Notes under the pieces: generated by a model
Database searches by the model: none
Seen by the model: the letters and a program-made list of their open reading frames with translations, nothing else
What the model was told of the DNA's origin: nothing
Position numbers and translations under genes: made by a program
Shown: piece by piece, positions 54,401-63,400 of the stretch
Position numbering within the stretch: the first letter of the stretch is position 1
How the letters are laid out: each line of letters begins with the position of its first letter
Source of the DNA: Ilumatobacteraceae bacterium
GTDB lineage: Bacteria; Actinomycetota; Acidimicrobiia; Acidimicrobiales; Ilumatobacteraceae
Length of the DNA: 64,000 bases
NCBI GenBank assembly: GCA_036746695.1
Contig: DAIODP010000001.1
Span: forward strand, 1,642,787 to 1,706,786
Direction of reading: 5' to 3'

Positions 54401-57400
54401 GGCACGAATGCGGTGGGTTGGAACGGTGGTGGTGCCGGAACTGCGCCGGGCATGGGTGGTGGCGGAGCATCCGACATACGTCGAGGTTTTTCTGTAACGA
54501 AAGCTTCGATGTCGGGCACCACTGCAACATTGACGACTACAACTGCGCACGGCTTTGCTGTTGGAAATGCAATTCTTGTGGCGAATATCGGCACAACCTA
54601 CGACGGCACCTACACCGTTTTGGCTGTTCCAACGACCACAACTTTTACGTACACAAAAACGGGTGGATCAACCACGAGTGAAACGACTGGATTGTCAGGT
54701 GCGGTAATTCAAACGTTGCCATCACTCGGTCTGGCTCGCCGAATTTTGGTTGCTGGTGGCGGTGGCGGTGCGGGTTCGCACGCCAAGGCGGGCGGTGGCG
54801 GAGAACTCATTGGAGAAACGGCAACAGGCTGGGGCGTTGCGGGTGCTGCTGGCGGCACGCAATCAACTGGCAATGCACTTGCCGTTGGTGGCAATGGAAC
54901 AACCAATGCTGGCGGTGGCGGTGGCGGTTATTACGGCGGTCGAGGTGGAGCCGATTATGGCGGCGGCGGCGGTGGGTCCTCATTCGTTGATGCAGGTGTA
55001 TTCGGCGTGGTGCACACCCAGGCATATTCGCTAGCAACGGGAAATGGTTCGTTAAAGATTTCGCTTCCAAACGCTGCCACCATGCCGACACCCACTTCAT
55101 TTGCGGGCACCGCGTGGTCGAGGACGACAGAACTTACTTGGGCCGCTCCAGTCGTGGATGGCGTAACGGGCTATCGAATTAAATGGGGTACCGACAACAC
55201 AACTGTCAATCAGATCGATGTTGCTGGCGGAGACGTTCGCTCGTTTACGCATTCCAGCCGACCATTTGCCGTTAGTTCAAAGTCAATGACCACAACGGTT
55301 GCAACACTGACAACTTCGGTTGATCATGGATTAGCAATTGGTCAACAGGTTTCGGTAACAGGTGTTGACGCTGTGTTCAACGGCATCTACACCATTGCGT
55401 CAGTTCCAACAACGAAGACATTTACTTATGCACGAACGGGAACGGCCGTGTCTGCAACTGCGGTCTCACCAACTGGTTTGGTGCAACGAACAAACAACTT
55501 GGTGCTTGGGCAGAACTACTTCTACAAGATCGCTGCCATTTATACCGACATCACTCAGCCGTGCGGAACGTCATGTCTTTCGTCGTACACATCGACAATC
55601 ACGGTTGATGGAAAAGTGGGCAACTCGCAAACTTTCGAGTTCAACGACGGCACGCACACCTACAAAGTTCCACCCGATGTAACCAAAATTCAGGTTGACG
55701 CGCAAGGTGGTGCTGGCGGATCTTCCGGTGCCATTGCCGGTGGTTTTGGCGGGCGATTGCAAGCAACGGTTCCCGTAACACCTGGCGAAACACTGTTTAT
55801 TTATGTTGGTGGTGGTGGTGGCAATCACTACCCATTTACGTACAAAGTGCCAATCACTGGTGGGCGAAATGGCGGTGGTGCGGGAGTAGGTAACGGCTCT
55901 GGTGGCGGTGGCGCAACCGATATTCGTCGCGGGTTTACCGTCACGAATGCGGCGCTCACCAGTAATTTTGCAACACTCACCACGTCTGTTGCTCACGGCT
56001 TTGCAGTGAGTAACTATGTTGTGGTTGCAGGTTTAAGTGACACCTTTAATGGCAGTTACATCATTACTGCAGTAACCACCAACACGTTTACTTACGCGAA
56101 AGAAGCTGCCAACGTAACTTCTTCCACTGTTGATGGTGCGGTGTTCTACTTAAACCCTGCCCTCGGGCTTTCGCAGCGAGTGTTGGTTGCCGGCGGCGGT
56201 GGCGGCGTTGGGCACGCTGCATATGTAGGCGGTGCAGGTGGCGGGTTGGTTGGCGGTGTGGGTGGGTCGCATTCGTGTGGCACCTATTGCGGTGGTTTGG
56301 GTGGTTCGCAAACATTCGGAAATGCTTTTGGTGTTGGTGGAAACGCAACGACAACTAATTCTGGTGGTGGCGGTGGCGGTTATCGCGGCGGCTATTCCGG
56401 TGGTCAATCCGGTCAGCCAGATGCTCGCGGTACTGATGGGTATTCGGGTGGTGGCGGTGGTTCAAGCTGGACAGCGTCCGACATTGTGTTTGCGACGCAT
56501 ACCCAGGGCTTCCGCAATGGCAACGGTTTGCTCACCATTACTACTGCGCAAACCGCAGCAGTTTCCACGCCAGTAGACCTCGCTGCTTATGGTTGGAACA
56601 CTCGTGTTCATGTTTCGTGGGCTGCGTCGACAAATCAGGAAACCACTGGTTATCGAATTAAGTGGGGCACTGCATCGGGCGCACTCACGAATGTGATCAA
56701 TGTTGCTGGCCGCGATGTCGTGGAATATGTTCATACCAGCCGCGCCATGGGTACGCGCTATTTCTATTCCATCGCTGCTGTGTTCACGGATATGAATCAG
56801 GATTGCTTGGCGGAATGTCTTTCAGATTTTTCTGCAGAGGTGTCGGACACTCCGCGGTTTACTGCAGCAACAAGTTTCGACTTCACAGAAACCATTCAGT
56901 CGTACACCGTGCCGGCGGGTGTTAGCCGTATCAATGTCAGCGCGCAAGGTGCGCAAGGTGGCAGTGCTTCGGCGGTAGGTGGTCTGGGTGGCATTGTTTC
57001 TGCCACGATGCCGGTGACAGCAGGTGAAACCCTATTTGTGTTCGTTGGCGGTGGTGGCGGTGACAATCATCCTGCGAGGTACCAAGCGCCAAGTGTGGGC
57101 GGATGGAACGGTGGCGGAACAGGAAACAGTTCTGGAGGAATTGGTGGCGGTGGTGGTGGTGCGACAGACATTCGCAGAGGCACTTCGGTAACAAATGCGG
57201 TGCTGACGTCACGAGTAGCAACGTTGACAACATCTGTTGCTCATGGCTTTGCTGTTGGCAACTCGGTTGTCGTCGCTGGCGTCGGTGCTCTCTACGACGG
57301 GACATATTCAGTAACGGCAGTTACCTCAACAACTTTTTCGTATGCGAAGGTCGAACTCGATCAGGCATCTTCAACAGTGAATGGTGCAGTCATTCGCAAC

Positions 57401-60400
57401 CTGACCACTGCAAACCTCGATCGACGAGTGGTAGTTGCTGGCGGCGGCGGTGGTATTGGCCACAACGTGCGTGTGGGAGGTGCCGGTGGTGGGCTGACTG
57501 GCGGTGAAGGTGCAAACCACGGTTGTCCTTCATACTGTGCTGGCCTTGGTGGTTCGCAAACGTATGGCAATGCCTTAGGGGTTGGTGCTTCGGCAACGGT
57601 GACGGGGGCCGGTGCAGGTGGCGGCGGTTATTGGGGTGGTTATGCCTCTGGACAAAGCCCGCAGCAGTGGCGCTCGGAAACGGGTGGTTACTCCGGCGGT
57701 GGAGGTGGCTCAAGTTGGACTGCCAGCAACCTCAGTTTTGTTACGCACTCTCAAGGTGCAAAGTCGGGCAACGGAAAACTAGAAATTTATGCGCAACAAG
57801 GCGGCTCGATTAGCGCTCCTACCAATTTCGATGCCTATGGCTATCAGGCACAGGTGGTGTTGAGTTGGACGCCTTCACCGCAACCCATCGTTTCGGGGTA
57901 CAGAATCTCGTGGGGTACTTCACAAGGCGTGCTGACGAACAACATTGATGTACCTGATCGTCTGGCACAAAGTTTTGTACACCACGGAAACACATTTTCA
58001 GTAACAACAAAATCACTCGCCACAAATGTGGCAACGCTTACGACGAGCTCTACGCATGGAATCGCTGTTGGCAACGAATTCATTGTGCAAGGTGCCGGCG
58101 AACCGTTCGACGGCACTTATACGGCCACAACAGGCACGACGGGAACAACCATTAAGTACGCGCGAACAAACGCGAACGTGGCGTTGGCATCCATAAGCCC
58201 TGCCGCTGTTGTCTCGCGCACGAAACAACTTGCCATTAACACCACCTACTACTACGAAATCTCTGCGTTGTATACCGATGCCGCACAGACATGCAACACA
58301 ACATGCGAATCGGGTTCTTCCACGCAGCGTTATGCAACTCCAATTTTTACTCAGGACACAACGTTTGATGCAACTGGTGGAGTGCAAACCTTCACGGTGC
58401 CGGCTGGCGTGTCGTGGCTGCAGTTTGATGCGCAAGGTGCTGGTGGTGGCAGGGGTGGGACTGGTATCGGCGGTTTCGGTGGTCGCGTGCAGGGCGCAAT
58501 TCCGGTTACGTCTGGCGAAGTGTTGTATCTGTATGTAGGTGGCAGGGGCGGAGGTTCGCTCAATGCCACGCAACACGTTGGTGGTTGGAACGGTGGCGGT
58601 AACGGTTCCGCTGTGGGGCAGGGCGGCGGCGGTGGTGGCGCTACTGATATTCGTCGCAACAAGCTTGTTGTAACGAACAAAATTATTCAGTCAAGTACTG
58701 CAACGTTGACGACTGCAGCGACTCATGGACTGAGTGTTGGTGATTCGGTCATCGTTTCTGGTGTTGGTACCGAATTCAATGGAACATTTACCCTGACCGC
58801 AATCAACGCCACAAACAAGACCTTGTCGTATGCGGTGTCGACATCTTCATTTACTGCTGCTTCGTCTTCGGGAACAGTTTCTGGTCCAAGTGCTTGGGAC
58901 ACTGCAGCGTCACTTGCCACTCGCGTAGTGGTTGCCGGTGGTGCGGGCGGTGGCGGCAACGACAAGGTTGGTGGTATTGGTGGCGGGCTCGTTGCTGGTC
59001 AGGGTGGAAGCAATAGCTGTGCAAATGGTGCTGCAAGTGAAAACTGTTCCGGTCTTGGTGGCTCCCAAACGTATGGCAATGCTCTTGGTGTTGGTGGAAA
59101 CGCGGCAGCAACTCATTCGGGTGGCGGTGGCGGTGGTTATTGGGGCGGTTGGGGTGCGGCTCAATCGCCGCAACTAAGTCGCGTCGCAACGGGCGGCTAC
59201 TCCGGTGGCGGTGGCGGATCCAGCTTCACTTCTGCTGCAGCGCTGTCGTCACTTGACCAACGCACGATTTCTGGAATAACTCACACCAGTGGCTTCAATC
59301 AATCCGGTGGAGTGCTCACGCTGTCGGTGCCAACTCGCGCATACCCAACTGGTGTTGAAGCACTGGGTTGGGGTGGATATAACTCAATTAGTTGGGATGC
59401 TTCGAACATTACAGGTGTAACGCAATACAAGGTGTACGGCGGCACGACACAGAACCCCACCACGTTGCTAGCAACACTGCCTGTCGGAATAAATGCTTTC
59501 GACCATCATCTTGCAACACCAATTGTGGTCTCTCAAAAGGCCCTCACCAGCAACGTGGTAACACTGACAACAGCTTCAGCGCACGGATTTTCGGTTGGCA
59601 CAGTTGTTTCCGTAAGCGGAGTCGATCCTGCGTTCAACGGGCTTCGAACAATTACCGCAGTTGCCAATACCACCTTGTCGTTCGCATTCACCGCTGCAAA
59701 CATTGCGTCAACTGCAATTCAATCTGGCGTCGTTCAGTCGGCAAACAGTTTGACGTACGGAACCGCCTATTACTACCGAGTTTCGATCATGACCGGCTCA
59801 ATCGAGTCGCAACGTTCGACAGAGGTTTCTGCGACGCCCGCTTTGAGCAGTTCAACTTCGTTTGAATCGACTGGTGCTGTGCAAACATTTACGGTTCCTG
59901 TCAACGTCAACAAGATATTCATTGATGCACTTGGTGCTGGAGGCGCAAGAGGTACGACAGGTGTCGGTGGCGCGGGTGGTCGCGCGCAGGGCGCAATTCC
60001 GGTTACTCCTGGCGAAGTGTTGTATCTGTATGTGGGCGGCAAGGGCGGCGGTTCGCTCACTTCCACGCTGAACATTGGTGGTTGGAATGGCGGCGGTAAC
60101 GGTTCTGGCGCGGGTGCTGGTGGTGGCGGTGGTGGTGCAACTGATATTCGTCGCAACAAGCTTGTAGTTACGAACAAAATTATTCAGTCAAGTACTGCAA
60201 CGTTGACGACTGCAGCGACTCATGGACTGAGTGTTGGTGATTCGGTCATCGTTTCTGGTGTTGGTACCGAATTCAATGGAACATTTACCCTGACCGCAAT
60301 TGACGCCGCAAACAAGAAATTGTCCTATGCGGTTTCAACTGCAACGTTTGCAACTTCTACCTCTTCGGGAACAGTGTCAGGGCCGAGCGCATGGAACACA

Positions 60401-63400
60401 GCCGCATCACTTGCAACACGCGTGCTCGTTGCTGGTGGCGGCGGTGGAGGTGGAAACAATAACTTTGGTGGTGTAGGCGGAGGCTTGATTGGCGGCGAAG
60501 GTGGAAACCACAGTTGCTATCAGGGGTATTGCGCTGGTTTTGGTGGTTCGCAAACGTATGGCAACGCACTTGGTGTTGGTGGCGCAACGGGCCAAACCAA
60601 TGCCGGTGGCGGCGGCGGTGGTTATTGGGGTGGTTGGGCCTCGGGCCAGGCGCATCTCGACCGAACAGGAACTCTTGGCTACTCCGGCGGCGGTGGCGGA
60701 TCTAGTTTCACGAGCGCTGACGTTACGTCTGTTTTCCATGCCCAAGGGATGAATTCTGATGCGGGCAGCGCGGTCATCTCGTGGACTTCTACGCCCATCG
60801 TTACTGGAGTTCAAGCCACTCCACTGAATGCTTCTATTGCTGTCAGCTGGAATGCGTCAAACCTTGGGTCGTTGTCCGGATATCGCGTGTACGGCGGTAC
60901 GACTGCGGCACCAACAACATTGTTGGCAACGGTTGGTGCTGGTGTACTGGGCTACACGCACACCGGGTTAACAAATGGAACGACTTACTTTTACCGAATT
61001 TCGGCCATAGTCACCGAAAACGGTGTAACTACAGCGACCCCGCTATCGGGTGATGCTTCGGCAACGCCAACGACACTTACGACAACAGACTTTGCATCCA
61101 CTGGTGCGGTGCAAACTTTTGTGGTTCCTGCTGGCGTGTTGTGGCTGCAACTCGATGCATCTGGCGCGCAAGGCGGCACTGGTAGCACTGGCGTCGGTGG
61201 TCGTGGTGGGCGAACGCAGGGCGCTCTTGAAGTAGTGCCAGGAGAAACGCTGTATTTCTATGTTGGCGCAGCAGGTGCTCAAAATATTGGTGGTTTTAAT
61301 GGCGGAGGTAACGGTTCTGGCGCGGGTGCTGGTGGTGGCGGTGGTGGTGCCACTGATGTTCGTCGTAACAGGCTTGTTGTCACGAACAAAGCACTTGCAT
61401 CAAATGTTGCAACGCTGACAACTGCATTTGCTCATGGATATAGCGTCGGCAATACGATCATTGTGCAAGGTGTTGGCGAACCGTTTGATGGCACGTACAC
61501 AACTATTACTGGAACAACGGGATCAACCATTAAGTATTCGCGAACAAATGCGGATATTTCTTCAACAGCGGTAAGTGGAACCGTGTCGGGTCCAAGTACA
61601 TGGAACACAGCCGCATCACTTGCAACGCGCGTGCTCGTTGCTGGTGGTGGCGGTGGAGGTGGAAACAATAACTTTGGTGGTGTAGGCGGAGGTTTAATTG
61701 GCGGCGAAGGTGGAAACCACAGTTGCTATCAGGGGTATTGCGCTGGTTTTGGTGGTTCGCAAACGTATGGCAACGCACTTGGTGTTGGTGGCGCAACGGG
61801 CCAAACCAATGCCGGTGGCGGCGGCGGTGGTTATTGGGGTGGTTGGGCCTCGGGCCAGGCGCATCTCGACCGAACAGGAACTCTTGGTTATTCCGGTGGT
61901 GGTGGCGGTTCCAGCTTCACGGCAAGCGACGTTGCCGTTCCGGTGCACACTCAAGGATTCAAGTCGGGTGCAGGGTCGCTAACAGTTTCGTATTCGGTAG
62001 ACAACACGCCACCAGTGGTGACCGGTATTTCATCGCCGAATCCATCTGGTAACTACATCGTGGGGAGAGAAATAACGGTCAACGTTGCGTTTTCAAAAGC
62101 CGTAGTAGTTACTGGTACACCAACATTGCTGCTGGATGCTGGCACGCGCGATGTAACAGTCAACTACGTGTCGGGCAGCGGTACTTCTACGTTGACATTT
62201 ACTTATGTGGTTGCAACTGGAGACTTGAAGGACGAACTTGATGTCAAGAGCACGACTGCGCTCGCTCTTCCAACTTCTCCAGCCGGCACCATTAAGGACC
62301 GTGCAGGAAATAATGCGGTGCTCACATTGCCGGAAGTTGCTAGTGCGGCATCATTAAGCGGAAGTAAATTGTTAGCAATCGATGGAGTGGTTCCAATAAA
62401 GCCAACCGTACTTACGGCAGCCGGTGTAGATGGAATCACGCTCGATTGGGCGGACAACCTGGAAACAGATTTGAAGGAGTACCGAATCTATTCCTGCTCT
62501 GGCCTTGTGGCGTCAAGTTGTTCATCGCTGTCTTCGTTCAGCGTGCTCAGCAGTGTTGTTTCGGGTGTAAGTACGTTCGAGCACATTGCAGTGGGCCGCG
62601 GTATTTCGTACTACTACTACGTAACAGCAGTAGACCTTCGCGGCAACGAGAGCCCTGCATCAGACCGCATTTCGTGGATGTTGCCGGTGCCGGTGCTGGT
62701 TGCCACTCCAACTGTGGTGGTTGCAACGCCAACAAATGACCTCACACCCCAAGTGACAGGTGCAGCCGACGCGGGCGCGACGGTGTACGTGTATCTCGAT
62801 GGAAGCTCGACGCCACTCGGTTCAACGGTTGCAACTAGTGAAGGCGCGTACGCATTTTCTCCGCCATCGAACATTTCGGCGGGCACGCACACCTTTAGGG
62901 CGCGCGCAGTTGTCACAGGCGTAAAAACAGGAACATCTGGATTTTCAAATTCGGCTTCTGTCGACATCGATACGACGGCGCCATCGCTCTCCAGCATTTC
63001 GCGATTTGCTCCATCATCGGAAACCACAGGTTTGGATGCGTTGACTTTCAGGTTGATCTTTACGGAGGCAGTAAGCGGGTTGTTGGCAGATGATTTTGCG
63101 ATTTCTGGGTCGACGGCCACGGTTTCCCGAATTGCAATGCTCAGTGGATCAACGGGAACGTACGACGTAACCGTTTCTGGAGGCAACCTCGCTGATCGCA
63201 ACGGAGTAATCGGGCTGACGCTTGCTACGGGGGCAACAGTCACCGATATTGCAGGAAATGCGCTATCGAGCACTACGTCATCAACAACGCCACAAACATA
63301 CACATTGGACAACCGAAACCCTGTTGCAACAATTACTTCGTCTGCAACAACATTGGGCGGGGCGAATACGGCGACCATTACCTTTACGTTGGATCAATCA

